A DNA stretch of 64,000 nt. Origin: Candidatus Latescibacterota bacterium. Its GTDB lineage: Bacteria > Latescibacterota > UBA2968 > GCA-2709665. Made by a program: the position numbers and the translations under genes. The stretch covers positions 32,001-96,000 of the forward strand of contig OZ242180.1 of NCBI GenBank assembly GCA_965205485.1, given 5' to 3'. Every line of letters starts with the position of its first letter. Position 1 is the stretch's first letter. Below the pieces are notes generated by a model. The model worked only from the letters and a program-made list of their open reading frames with translations. It had not been told where the DNA came from and did not search any database. Of this stretch, positions 9,459 through 18,678 are shown piece by piece.

Positions 9459-11306
9459 CTATGACCTCTGCAGTGCCGCCCGCTCGGACGAAAAGGTCCT
9501 GAGCAGTTGATCGGTATCCTGCTGGAAACGCTCCAACGGCTCCCGGATCTGGTGTTTAAACTCCTCGCACGTGGCCTGGTAGTATTCCTGGGCGGCGCCC
9601 CGAAGCACCTTGGCGTGATGCTGCATTGTCCTGTGGTCGTCCTGAAAGTGCTCGAAGCGGTGGTGGACCGCCCTCATGAGCCGCCCGGCGTACGTGTCCG
9701 TGTTTTTTCGGTAGGCCGCACGATAGCCATTCTTGAAATGTTCCAGATGTTCCAGCGCCTCGTCAAGGAACGTCTTCACTTCGTCAACCTGCAACGCGCG
9801 CTGCGTTGTGAGGATCAGGTGGTGGCCCTGCACGGCCAGCCGCACCGCGTCGGCCAGGCTGCCGGGATGCTTGAGGAGCACCTGCAGCATGAATTTCCAG
9901 TATTGCCAGCGGTAGTTCCTGTTCCGGATGCCCTGCCGCCAGATCGACCGGAATACCGCCTTGATTTCGAGCATTCGTATGGGTGAGTTTGCAATCGGAT
10001 GTCGCCCGCGGTGATTGAAAAACGTAAGGCATCGCTCGAAGAAGATCTCAGGGCTGTTCAGCGTTTCCACCGTCCACCGGTGCCGTTCCAGCAAGGTATC
10101 CGGATCGATTAGAGGCACGTAACTCAACTCGCGGCTGAAAACCCCCGAATCACCCGTGTATTTCGCGCCTTCCACCAGACGCCCCTGCCGGCTGAATCGT
10201 TTGTAATCGGGCGTATCCCGCAGCACCCCCAGGATGCCGACCATCGCCACGGGAATACCCGCCTCCCTGATGAACGCAAGGGTCCGCTCGGCAATGTCGT
10301 CCGGGTCGGTATCCAGGCCGATAATGAATCCCGCCTGAACTTCGAAGCCGGTTTCCTGCAGTATCTTGACTTTGTCCATCAGGGGGGTATTGCCCTGCAG
10401 GTTCTTCTGTGCGCCCATGAACTTCAGGCTTTCCTCGACGGGAGACTCGATTCCGGCGAACACCTTGTCGAATCCGGCCTGGTACATGGCCTCGAGCAAC
10501 TGCGGGTCGTCGCTGACGCGGATGCTGGCCTGGGTGTGGAACTGAAACGGATAGCCGCGCTCCTGCTGCCACGGGACGACTTCGTCCTCGAGCGCGTGCC
10601 TGATTTCGTCCCGGTTACCCACGAAATTGTCATCCACCGCCATCACCGCGCCCCGCCAGCCGGCATCGTAAAGTGCGTCCAGTTCCTGGACCATTCTGCT
10701 CTTGCTCTTGAGCCGCGTAATTTTTCCATACAAGGAAGGAATATTGCAGAACGTACAGCTTTCGGGGCACCCGCGCGTGACCTGGATCACCATATTGCTA
10801 TAGTCGTCGAAATCGATCAGGGACCAGCGGGGCAGCGGTGTTACGGCCAGGTCCTGAAACTTGCCGCGCCGGTCCACGTATTCCCGTTCAACGGTTTCCG
10901 AGCCCGTAGTGAGACGATCCACAATGTCCATAAACCCGTTTTCCGCTTCGCCCAGGTAAAAGACGGCGTCGCCCTCGATCTCTTCGTAATATTGGGTGGG
11001 AAGCGGTCCCCCGTTCAGAACCGGAACGCCAATCCGGTTGCAGCGCGCGATCACGTCTTCCAACGAGTGCCAGTGAATGATCATCGACGACGTGATTACA
11101 ATATCCGCCCACTCGAGATCCTCGTCGATCAGTGGACGCGCATTCATGTCTACCATTCGCACGTCGTATGAATCAGACATCATGCCGGCAATGGTCAACA
11201 GCCCCAGTGGAGGAAATGCGACCTTTTTGTCGATTACTTTCAGGGCTTCGTCGAAGCTCCAGAATGTAACCGGATTCATGGGACTGACCAGCAGCGCATT
11301 CGGCAT
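9459..11306 (-). CDS. B12-binding radical SAM protein (DUF4070-type)
   Basis: PPLGLLTIA B12-binding N-terminus; RGCPESCTFC (CxxxCxxC); VDDNF, GIES, GFIIG. Start at MPNALL. Confidence 0.85.
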   Translation of the reverse strand: MPNALLVSPMNPVTFWSFDEALKVIDKKVAFPPLGLLTIAGMMSDSYDVRMVDMNARPLIDEDLEWADIVITSSMIIHWHSLEDVIARCNRIGVPVLNGGPLPTQYYEEIEGDAVFYLGEAENGFMDIVDRLTTGSETVEREYVDRRGKFQDLAVTPLPRWSLIDFDDYSNMVIQVTRGCPESCTFCNIPSLYGKITRLKSKSRMVQELDALYDAGWRGAVMAVDDNFVGNRDEIRHALEDEVVPWQQERGYPFQFHTQASIRVSDDPQLLEAMYQAGFDKVFAGIESPVEESLKFMGAQKNLQGNTPLMDKVKILQETGFEVQAGFIIGLDTDPDDIAERTLAFIREAGIPVAMVGILGVLRDTPDYKRFSRQGRLVEGAKYTGDSGVFSRELSYVPLIDPDTLLERHRWTVETLNSPEIFFERCLTFFNHRGRHPIANSPIRMLEIKAVFRSIWRQGIRNRNYRWQYWKFMLQVLLKHPGSLADAVRLAVQGHHLILTTQRALQVDEVKTFLDEALEHLEHFKNGYRAAYRKNTDTYAGRLMRAVHHRFEHFQDDHRTMQHHAKVLRGAAQEYYQATCEEFKHQIREPLERFQQDTDQLLRTFSSERAALQRS

Positions 11307-11571
11307 GTAGCAACCCCTTCGTGGTCTACTTAAAAAGACCGCCCCCTTCGGGAACGGTCGCCCGACCTTCGCAGATCGTCCGCCCACCCTGACAGGCTGA
11401 AACGTTGAGACGCCCGACGGGTGTGGGCATCGAACGTGTGTCATACTAAATATAATGTTTTTTCGATTTCACGCCACAGTAAAAAAGATGCGCATCGAAT
11501 CCCGTCAGTCGGCATGAACCGGTTCTCGCGCGCGCATTCCACCATCCTCCGTCCGGACAGCCAGAATACCC

Positions 11572-11601
11572 TTGACAACGTGTCCGGAACCGCTTTAACA
11601 T
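11572..11601 (+). promoter_or_regulatory. Possible sigma70 promoter for the phyH-phyH-nth operon
   Basis: TTGACA-N18-TAACAT. Confidence 0.4.
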
Positions 11602-11645
11602 ATCCGCCGATCCGTGGCGCGATTTACAAATGACGGGGGAATGCC

Positions 11646-12383
11646 TTGTCCCTGAGCGAAGAGGACCTCTGGTATTTCAATCACACCGGCTTCTACCGCG
11701 TCCCCGAACTGCTGCCGGCCGACCTGGTGGAACGGCTGAATGCCGTTACCGACCGGCAGATCGGCGGGATGATCGAGCCGGTGGTATGGGAGAAAACCGG
11801 CTCTCGCGAGCCGGACGACGTGCGGCGCCTCTCAAAGATTCTCTCCCGCGACCGCACGTACGTCGAGGCCGCCTCGCATCCCGTGATCCTGGGCCCCCTG
11901 AAATCCATCCTCGGACCCAATATCGAATTGCTCACGAACAAACACAATCACATCATGGTCAGGCCCCCCGGGTCCGAGCACGTTTACTGGCACAGCGGAG
12001 AAGAGCCCTACCACCCCACACTGGTCACCGCCCTCGTCTACCTCGAGGAGTCCACCCTGGAGAACGGCTGCATCCGCATCGTACCCGGCAGCCACCGGCG
12101 TCCCTTCCAGCGTCACCGGCGTCCTGGGGTCGGATTTGAAGAAAGTGACCTCTTTCATAAATCCCTGCCGGTACCGATGCCCGAAGGAGGTGTACTGCTC
12201 TTCAACGACTGCTGTTTCCACGGCGCGGGCGTCAACCGAACGGACACTTCACGCCGAAGCATGACACTCGCCTATCAGGCACACGACCCGCACGACGTCA
12301 TGAAGGACGACCCGGAGAAGATACTCGCCGCCGGGGAACGCATCTACATCGGCCACCCTCACTCCTTCCCTCATCCCTCTTGA
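11646..12383 (+). CDS. PhyH family Fe(II)/2OG oxygenase with HXG motif
   Basis: NGCIRIVPGSH, FHGAGVN, RRS; first metal motif is WHSG rather than HxD. Confidence 0.85.
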   Translation: MSLSEEDLWYFNHTGFYRVPELLPADLVERLNAVTDRQIGGMIEPVVWEKTGSREPDDVRRLSKILSRDRTYVEAASHPVILGPLKSILGPNIELLTNKHNHIMVRPPGSEHVYWHSGEEPYHPTLVTALVYLEESTLENGCIRIVPGSHRRPFQRHRRPGVGFEESDLFHKSLPVPMPEGGVLLFNDCCFHGAGVNRTDTSRRSMTLAYQAHDPHDVMKDDPEKILAAGERIYIGHPHSFPHPS

Positions 12384-12398
12384 CGGAAATATCGACCC

Positions 12399-13100
12399 AT
12401 GTCCCTCTCACCGGAACAGGTACAGCTGTTTCGCCACAACGGCTTCCTGAAACTGCCGGATCGACTTCCGGAAGAAACCGTCGACAGACTCCTGCGGGCT
12501 GTGCTTGCGGACATCAGGGCCGAGGTCGAACCCCTGGTGAGGAACGCTGACGGGCGGGTGGTCCGGATTTCGAGCCTGGTTGACAGAGATCCGATTTTCC
12601 TCGAGACGGCATCCAGTACCATCGTACTGGATCCCCTGGAATGCCTGATGGGGCCCAATATCGAACTGGTCACGAACCGTCACAACCATGCAACGCTGAA
12701 CACGTCTGTCGAGACCGGGCCGGACGGATTCCACCGTGACGTGAGACAGTGGACCCGGACGATCTTCACAGTCATTTTCTACCTTCAGGAAACAACGACA
12801 GAGAATGGCGCCACGCTTCTCGTTCCCGGCTCTCACCATTTTCCCGGCATCGAAGGGCGCCTATACGGGCACGACTGGACCCAATCCCTGCTGGACCAGG
12901 CGCTGGTTGCGCCCATGCCGGCAGGCGGAATGCTGGTGATCGACAGCCTGCTCATGCACGGTATCGGCGAAAACCGTACAGACCGCACGCGCACGAGCAT
13001 GACCGTCGGGTACCACAGCGTGGACGAACTCTCGGACGTACCGAATCCCAAACGGATTCTGGTTCGCGGCAGACCCGTCTACGAAGGAAACGACGATTGA
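12399..13100 (+). CDS. PhyH family Fe(II)/2OG dioxygenase
   Basis: FHRD, NGATLLVPGSH, LMHGIGEN, RTS. Confidence 0.85.
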   Translation: MSLSPEQVQLFRHNGFLKLPDRLPEETVDRLLRAVLADIRAEVEPLVRNADGRVVRISSLVDRDPIFLETASSTIVLDPLECLMGPNIELVTNRHNHATLNTSVETGPDGFHRDVRQWTRTIFTVIFYLQETTTENGATLLVPGSHHFPGIEGRLYGHDWTQSLLDQALVAPMPAGGMLVIDSLLMHGIGENRTDRTRTSMTVGYHSVDELSDVPNPKRILVRGRPVYEGNDD

Positions 13101-13184
13101 AGCGGGTGATGTAAGCGTCCGCCGCGGCGCGATCCATCCGAGATACCGCGGACCAGACAGGACTGACGGAAAAGGGAGCCACCC

Positions 13185-13874
13185 ATGGACGGCATTCACG
13201 ATATGGGCGGAATGCACGGATTCGGCCCGATCATTCGCGAAGAGAACGAACCTCTGTTCCACCACGAGTGGGAAAGACGCGTGCTGGGCATGGGTGTCGC
13301 CATACCCGTGCCGGTGCCGGGAGGTTCGCGCAACAACATCGAGAATATGGACCCTGCCCACTACCTGTCATCCACCTACTACGAAAAATGGCTGCATTCC
13401 AGGATCAGGGGCCTGATCGATGCCGGAGCGATGACGGCGGACGAGTTGGAAACGAGAGTGGCGCTGTTCCGGCAGAAACCGGACGCCGAAACCCCGGTCC
13501 ACCCCGACCCGGATGGCGTCCGGGCGAAGTTCTCGAGGCGAAGATCCGTTTCGTCCGCGCCGTTGCGCGTGAATATCCGGCCGCAATTTCAGGAAGGCGA
13601 CCGGGTACGCGCGAGAAACATCCACCCCGAGGGACACACGCGGCTCCCGCGGTACGTCCGGGGAAAAACCGGTACGATCACGCGCTTCTACGGAATCCAC
13701 AACCTCCAGGACGCCGAGTTGCCTGCGGGGTGCGTGCGTCGCGAGCAGCCTCTGTATGCCGTACGCTTCGAATCGCGTGAATTGTGGGGGGAGTCGGCCG
13801 AAGCCGAAGACGCGGTCTATCTGGACATGTGGGAAGGCTATCTCACGCCCGCGCAGTCAGATTCGGCAAAGTGA
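13185..13874 (+). CDS. nthB: Nitrile hydratase beta subunit
   Basis: MDGIHDMGGMHGFGP, YYEKWL, GHTRLPRYVRGK, DMWEGYL. Confidence 0.95.
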   Translation: MDGIHDMGGMHGFGPIIREENEPLFHHEWERRVLGMGVAIPVPVPGGSRNNIENMDPAHYLSSTYYEKWLHSRIRGLIDAGAMTADELETRVALFRQKPDAETPVHPDPDGVRAKFSRRRSVSSAPLRVNIRPQFQEGDRVRARNIHPEGHTRLPRYVRGKTGTITRFYGIHNLQDAELPAGCVRREQPLYAVRFESRELWGESAEAEDAVYLDMWEGYLTPAQSDSAK

Positions 13875-13880
13875 GGATCC

Positions 13881-14495
13881 ATGGACATGAACCGACAGCA
13901 AGAACCCGACCGGAGCGAGTCCGACGCGGCGTTGCGCACCCGGGCGCTGGAGTCACTCCTGGTTGAAAAAGGGTTGCTGGCGACCGACACGATCAACAAG
14001 GTCGTGGAAAAGTACGAGAAAGACGTGGGACCGCTCAATGGCGCCCGGGTGGTGGCCCGCGCCTGGTCGGACCCCGACTACAAACGCAGGCTGCTGGCGA
14101 ACGGCACCGCGGCGATCGCCGAATTGGGTTTCGTCGACAGGGAGGGCGCCGAGATCGTTGTCCTCGAAAACACGTCGACGGTCCACAACGTCGTCGTCTG
14201 CACCCTCTGCTCCTGTTATCCGTGGCCGGTGCTGGGTCTGCCTCCGGGCTGGTACAAGTCCTACGCCTACCGTTCGCGCCTCGTACGGGAGCCACGGGCC
14301 GTACTCAGGGAGTTCGACCTGCATCTGCCGGATTCGGTCGAAGTCCGCGTCTGGGACAGCAATTCGGATCTTCGTTATATGGTCCTTCCGGAACGGCCTG
14401 ACGGCACGGAAGATCTTACCGAAGACGCGCTTGTCCCGCTGGTCACGCGCGACGCGATGATCGGCGCGGCCAGGATCGATTCCCCATCGGAGTGA
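13881..14495 (+). CDS. nthA: Cobalt-type nitrile hydratase alpha subunit
   Basis: [10 protein letters not shown] metal-binding motif (T and Y mark the cobalt type). Confidence 0.95.
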   Translation: MDMNRQQEPDRSESDAALRTRALESLLVEKGLLATDTINKVVEKYEKDVGPLNGARVVARAWSDPDYKRRLLANGTAAIAELGFVDREGAEIVVLENTSTVHNVVVCTLCSCYPWPVLGLPPGWYKSYAYRSRLVREPRAVLREFDLHLPDSVEVRVWDSNSDLRYMVLPERPDGTEDLTEDALVPLVTRDAMIGAARIDSPSE

Positions 14496-14502
14496 GCCGG
14501 AC

Positions 14503-14847
14503 ATGACGCGTCGAATCGACAGGAAAATCGCGGACGCGGAAACGACAGTCGCGCTCCCCCGCCGGAACGGCGAACTCGTATTCGAGACCCCATGGGAAGC
14601 CCGCGCCTTCGGCCTGGCTGTGGCGCTTAGCGAGAAGGGCGTCTTCGAATGGCGCGAATTCAGCACAGCGCTGGCTGCCACAATCGAGGCCGCCGAAAAA
14701 GCAAACGACCCATCGGGTTACTACACGCGATGGATCGCTTCCCTTGAAGAACTGGCTATCGAAAAGGGCCTTGTCGGCCGCGGGCAACTGAGGGCAAGGA
14801 CCCGGCAAGTCGCGACGGACCCGCACGAGGATCACGACCACGGGTAG
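14503..14847 (+). CDS. Nitrile hydratase accessory protein (P14K-like)
   Basis: FETPWEARAFGLAVAL, YYTRW, His-rich C-terminus; directly follows nthA. Confidence 0.9.
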   Translation: MTRRIDRKIADAETTVALPRRNGELVFETPWEARAFGLAVALSEKGVFEWREFSTALAATIEAAEKANDPSGYYTRWIASLEELAIEKGLVGRGQLRARTRQVATDPHEDHDHG

Positions 14848-14925
14848 CCGGCGGACGCCGGCGGGCGTTGCCTGGATCGTCTTCCTGCGGCGGAGCCAGG
14901 TGGAGACGTCCGTGCGATTCGCGAA

Positions 14926-15909
14926 TCACGCGCCGACGTTTATCGGCCCGCCCTTGCGCGCGGACGCGTAGATGGCCTCCAGCAGGGCCACCGTACGGCG
15001 CCCTTCCCTTCCATCGACGCGGAGCGGCGTCTTCCTCTCCACAGCGCTGACCGCGTCCTGCACAATATTCTTGAGCGGGTTCTCCACCGCCGCCAGCCGT
15101 TCCTCCAGACCCTCGCCGAATACCTGCATATTGCCGGTGAGTACGTCGGGGATCAGCACGCCGCCGGTCGTTCCGTGGACTTCGGCGCTGAAGTATGGAC
15201 TTGCCGGGAACGTCGTCGTTCCAACAATCGTACCCTTCGCGCCGCTCTCGAAATTCACGATCGCCAACCCGATATCCTCGGTTTCGATCTCGTGGTTCAT
15301 GATGGCCATTTCGCCATATACGGAAACAGCGTCTCCCATGAACCAGCACAGTACGTCCAGCAGATGCGCGCCCTGGTTGGCCAGCGACCCGCCGCCGTCC
15401 ATCTTCCACGTCCCGCGCCAACCGCCGCTTGCCTCGAAGTAGGACTGGGCTCGGAACCACTTGAATCTGACTTCGCCCAGAATGGGTTTTCCAAGCCAAC
15501 CCTGCCGCATCGCCTCGGCCGCGCGCCAGTTGTTGTCCACGTACCGGCTGACGTAATCCACGCCGCAGAGTACGCCGGCCTCGTCGCATGCCGCGATCAG
15601 ACGGTCGCAGGCTTCGGTAGACACGTCCATGGGCTTGGTCGTAATCACGTGCTTGCCCGCACGGGCGGCCTGGATTCCCAACTCTGCGTGGGTCCCGCTG
15701 GGCGTCATCACCAACACCACGTCCACGTCGTCACGATCCAACGCCGCGTCCAGGTCCGTTGTGCCTTCCACGTCCAGTTCCGAACTCACGTCCCTGAGAC
15801 GGGTCTCGTCCAGATCCACGACGATCTTCAATTCAGCGCCGTCGGTGTCCTGTATCATCCTGGACCGGTTGCGCCCCATACCCAGGCCAACCACCGCAAA
15901 CCCGACCAT
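14926..15909 (-). CDS. Gfo/Idh/MocA family oxidoreductase
   Basis: VVGLGMG, TKP, WRGTWKMDGGGSLANQGAHLLD. Confidence 0.9.
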   Translation of the reverse strand: MVGFAVVGLGMGRNRSRMIQDTDGAELKIVVDLDETRLRDVSSELDVEGTTDLDAALDRDDVDVVLVMTPSGTHAELGIQAARAGKHVITTKPMDVSTEACDRLIAACDEAGVLCGVDYVSRYVDNNWRAAEAMRQGWLGKPILGEVRFKWFRAQSYFEASGGWRGTWKMDGGGSLANQGAHLLDVLCWFMGDAVSVYGEMAIMNHEIETEDIGLAIVNFESGAKGTIVGTTTFPASPYFSAEVHGTTGGVLIPDVLTGNMQVFGEGLEERLAAVENPLKNIVQDAVSAVERKTPLRVDGREGRRTVALLEAIYASARKGGPINVGA

Positions 15910-16039
15910 ATAGACCTCTCCATCCAGATTTGTTGTCGCACGCCCTGTGCGTGCTCCCTGACCGAACCCTGGATCCGCTCGATACTTCCACGGTGCGGGT
16001 CCGGCTTCAAGCCCCTGTCTTCCGCCCGCCCTCACGGAT

Positions 16040-16993
16040 TCAGCCGAAAAGCTCCCGGATCCGGTCCAGTGATTCTCCGGAGAGTGTTTTCCCGGCCGCC
16101 CTGACGATACCGTCGAGTTGCGCGGGTGTCTTCGCCCCCGGAATGACCGTGGAGACCGCGGGATTGGAAAGCACGAACCGCAACGCCGCGTCGACCATCG
16201 AATCCGCCTCCTCAAGCAGGAAATCCAGCTGTCCGACCTGCGCCGCCGTTTCTTTCACCCTGTCGGGCGTGTACCTGAGACTTCGCAGGTCGTCTGCGGG
16301 AAACGCTGTATTCTCGTTGTACTTTCCAGTCAGCCAGCCCGAAGCCAGCGGCACCCGTGCGATCATCCCTACCCCGTTTTCCATGGCCGCGGGGAACAGG
16401 GCGTCACCCTCCTTCTGCTGAAGCATGTTATACACCAGTTGAATCGCTTCGGCGCCGCCCTCCATGGCGCGCAGGCCTTCCTCCACCACCACGTCCGACG
16501 TATCCACCGGACTGATCGACACGCCCCACGCCCGTATCTTGCCCGATCCTTTCAAGTCCTTCATCAGTCCAAACAACGCGTCCGTCATCCCGTCCAGCGG
16601 AGGGCCGTGCAGCAGGTAGAGATCGACGTGGTCGCGCTCCAGACGCGTCAGACTCGCGTCCAGCGCACCCAGGATATACGGTTCGGAAAAGTCCTGGCCC
16701 GGCGCCGCGAGACTCATGCCCACCTTGGTGCAGATCACGGCATCGTCCTTGTCGTCGTACAACCCCAGACCCACCAGCACCTCGCTCTTACCCCGGCCGT
16801 ACGCATCCGCCGTATCGTAGAACGTCACGCCACGCGCCCAGGATGCACGGACGGTTTCGACGGACGCCATCACGTCCACGCCGGACCAGCCCGTCGGACT
16901 CCCGCCCCTGAATGAGGCCCCGCCGATCGGCCAGCAACCCAACCCCACCTCAGAGACCTGAATCCCCGTTCTTCCAAGCTCCCGGAATCTCAT
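16040..16993 (-). CDS. Aldo/keto reductase
   Basis: LGRTGIQVSEVGLG, DTADAYG, DLYLLH, IPGAKT. Confidence 0.9.
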   Translation of the reverse strand: MRFRELGRTGIQVSEVGLGCWPIGGASFRGGSPTGWSGVDVMASVETVRASWARGVTFYDTADAYGRGKSEVLVGLGLYDDKDDAVICTKVGMSLAAPGQDFSEPYILGALDASLTRLERDHVDLYLLHGPPLDGMTDALFGLMKDLKGSGKIRAWGVSISPVDTSDVVVEEGLRAMEGGAEAIQLVYNMLQQKEGDALFPAAMENGVGMIARVPLASGWLTGKYNENTAFPADDLRSLRYTPDRVKETAAQVGQLDFLLEEADSMVDAALRFVLSNPAVSTVIPGAKTPAQLDGIVRAAGKTLSGESLDRIRELFG

Positions 16994-17052
16994 CCTGCCC
17001 CCCAATTACGAATCAAAAGCGTTTCCCTAACAGCTGAACCGTAGCCTGCGTG

Positions 17053-18237
17053 TCAGTCCGCCAGTACAACCGCTTCGCGCTCCCGGCGCAGCATCCCCTC
17101 TGGATCCACCCACTGGCTTACAACCAGGGAGATCAGCGCCAGAACCGCGCCGCTGAAGAAGATCACCTGGTAGCCGAAGTGATGCCAGACCAGCCCGCCG
17201 ACCAACGGCGCCGCCACCGCGGCGAAATGATTCATTGTAACGCCCATGGACAGCGTGGGTTTGAGGTCCTCCGGTGGCGCAATCTTGTGCAGGTACGTGG
17301 TCAACGCAATGCCTCCGAAGAAAATAAGGTTGTCCACGCAATAAAGCACGTACAGCGTCGGCCGGTGCTCAATCGCGCCGTAACCGAAAAAGACGAACGT
17401 CAGCCCGATGTAGCTCCAGCTGAGCACGGCCCGTTCGCCATGCCTGTCTACCAGCCGGCCCATCAGCGGCGCCGTTAACGTAATCAGCGTCTGATTGATC
17501 AGTACGAGCGCCATCGTCGTTTCCACCGGCATCCCATGGACCTTCACCAGCGCGAAGATGGCAAACGTGATAAACATCTGCTTCCGGCAGCCCTGCAGAA
17601 AATTCAACGCATAATACAGTCCGTAGCGACGGTGGAAAACGAAACTCTTCTCCCGCACGTCCGGGCGTTTTTTGCTGGCAAAGAAGATCGCAACCCCGCC
17701 CAGCGCGGTGATCGCTCCGGCGGCCGCGAACAGCCAGTCGTAGCGGGCCACATGGAACACCAGATTGCAGACCCCGATGGTCAGCAGCCACGCGAATGCA
17801 TGCACGCTCCGCAACTGACCCAGCCACTTCCCCTTCTTGCCTTCCGGAGAGAACCGCAACGCCATGGACTGTTCCATGGGGATCCAGCAATGGAACCCGA
17901 TGCCCCACAGCGCCGAATATACCGCGAGGGCGAAAACGGTGTATACGTCCGCGTACGCGGCGAGGCCCGCACCCATTACCACCAGGGAAACGCCTGCGAC
18001 GACCGGCGGGGCCAACCGCATCATCAGCGCGATGAAGAACGCGTTCAGGAATCCCGATAATTCCCGAAGGGCTTCCACGTAACCGAGTTCGTGCGGCTCG
18101 ATGCCGAGTCGTTCCACGGCGAAGTTGTTGTATAACGTCAGTTGAACGCCGAAGAACACGCCCACGGAGAACGCCGCCGCGCCCAGAAGTCTGAAGTCCC
18201 GGTTCCATTCGGAAAACGGATTGCTGATCCGGATCAA
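17053..18237 (-). CDS. MFS transporter
   Basis: About 12 TM helices; GRLVDRHGER loop motif. Confidence 0.85.
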   Translation of the reverse strand: MIRISNPFSEWNRDFRLLGAAAFSVGVFFGVQLTLYNNFAVERLGIEPHELGYVEALRELSGFLNAFFIALMMRLAPPVVAGVSLVVMGAGLAAYADVYTVFALAVYSALWGIGFHCWIPMEQSMALRFSPEGKKGKWLGQLRSVHAFAWLLTIGVCNLVFHVARYDWLFAAAGAITALGGVAIFFASKKRPDVREKSFVFHRRYGLYYALNFLQGCRKQMFITFAIFALVKVHGMPVETTMALVLINQTLITLTAPLMGRLVDRHGERAVLSWSYIGLTFVFFGYGAIEHRPTLYVLYCVDNLIFFGGIALTTYLHKIAPPEDLKPTLSMGVTMNHFAAVAAPLVGGLVWHHFGYQVIFFSGAVLALISLVVSQWVDPEGMLRREREAVVLAD

Positions 18238-18312
18238 TCTTGTGTCCTGCGATGAATGCCGAGGCCATGAAGTGCGGGAGAAGCCCCGGGCACCAGGAAG
18301 AGGGGCGGAAAA

Positions 18313-18678
18313 CTAATCCATCTGCACGATAACACGGCTGCCGGAAACCCGTACGGGATAGACCCGCACCCGGTATCGCTCGGGCTCGATCAGCGCACGG
18401 CCGGTTGCCAGATCGAATTGCCACCCATGCCAGGGGCAGGTAAGGATTTCCCCCAGACGTCCGTAGGAAATCTCCTGGCCGGGACGACACGGCAGGGCTG
18501 TACCGTCCACCTTTCCGGCAGACAACGGCGCACCCTGGTGAGGACAGGTATCGCGCAATGCGAAAAAGCGCCCGCCGCGCCGCACCACCATCAGCGCCCG
18601 TCCGCCAGCCTCGACCCGGTGTGGCCGGCCGGGCTCGAAGTCGTCGACCGACCCGATGTCAACCGTCTTCGAGACCAT
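18313..18678 (-). CDS. Rieske [2Fe-2S] ferredoxin
   Basis: CPHQG...CPWHGWQFDL. Confidence 0.9.
   Translation of the reverse strand: MVSKTVDIGSVDDFEPGRPHRVEAGGRALMVVRRGGRFFALRDTCPHQGAPLSAGKVDGTALPCRPGQEISYGRLGEILTCPWHGWQFDLATGRALIEPERYRVRVYPVRVSGSRVIVQMD

Noticed and set aside
13881..14495. nthA as a nitrile-hydratase-like leader peptide (NHLP) RiPP precursor
   Set aside because: Full length with intact CTLCSC and flanked by nthB and the accessory gene, so a true enzyme.
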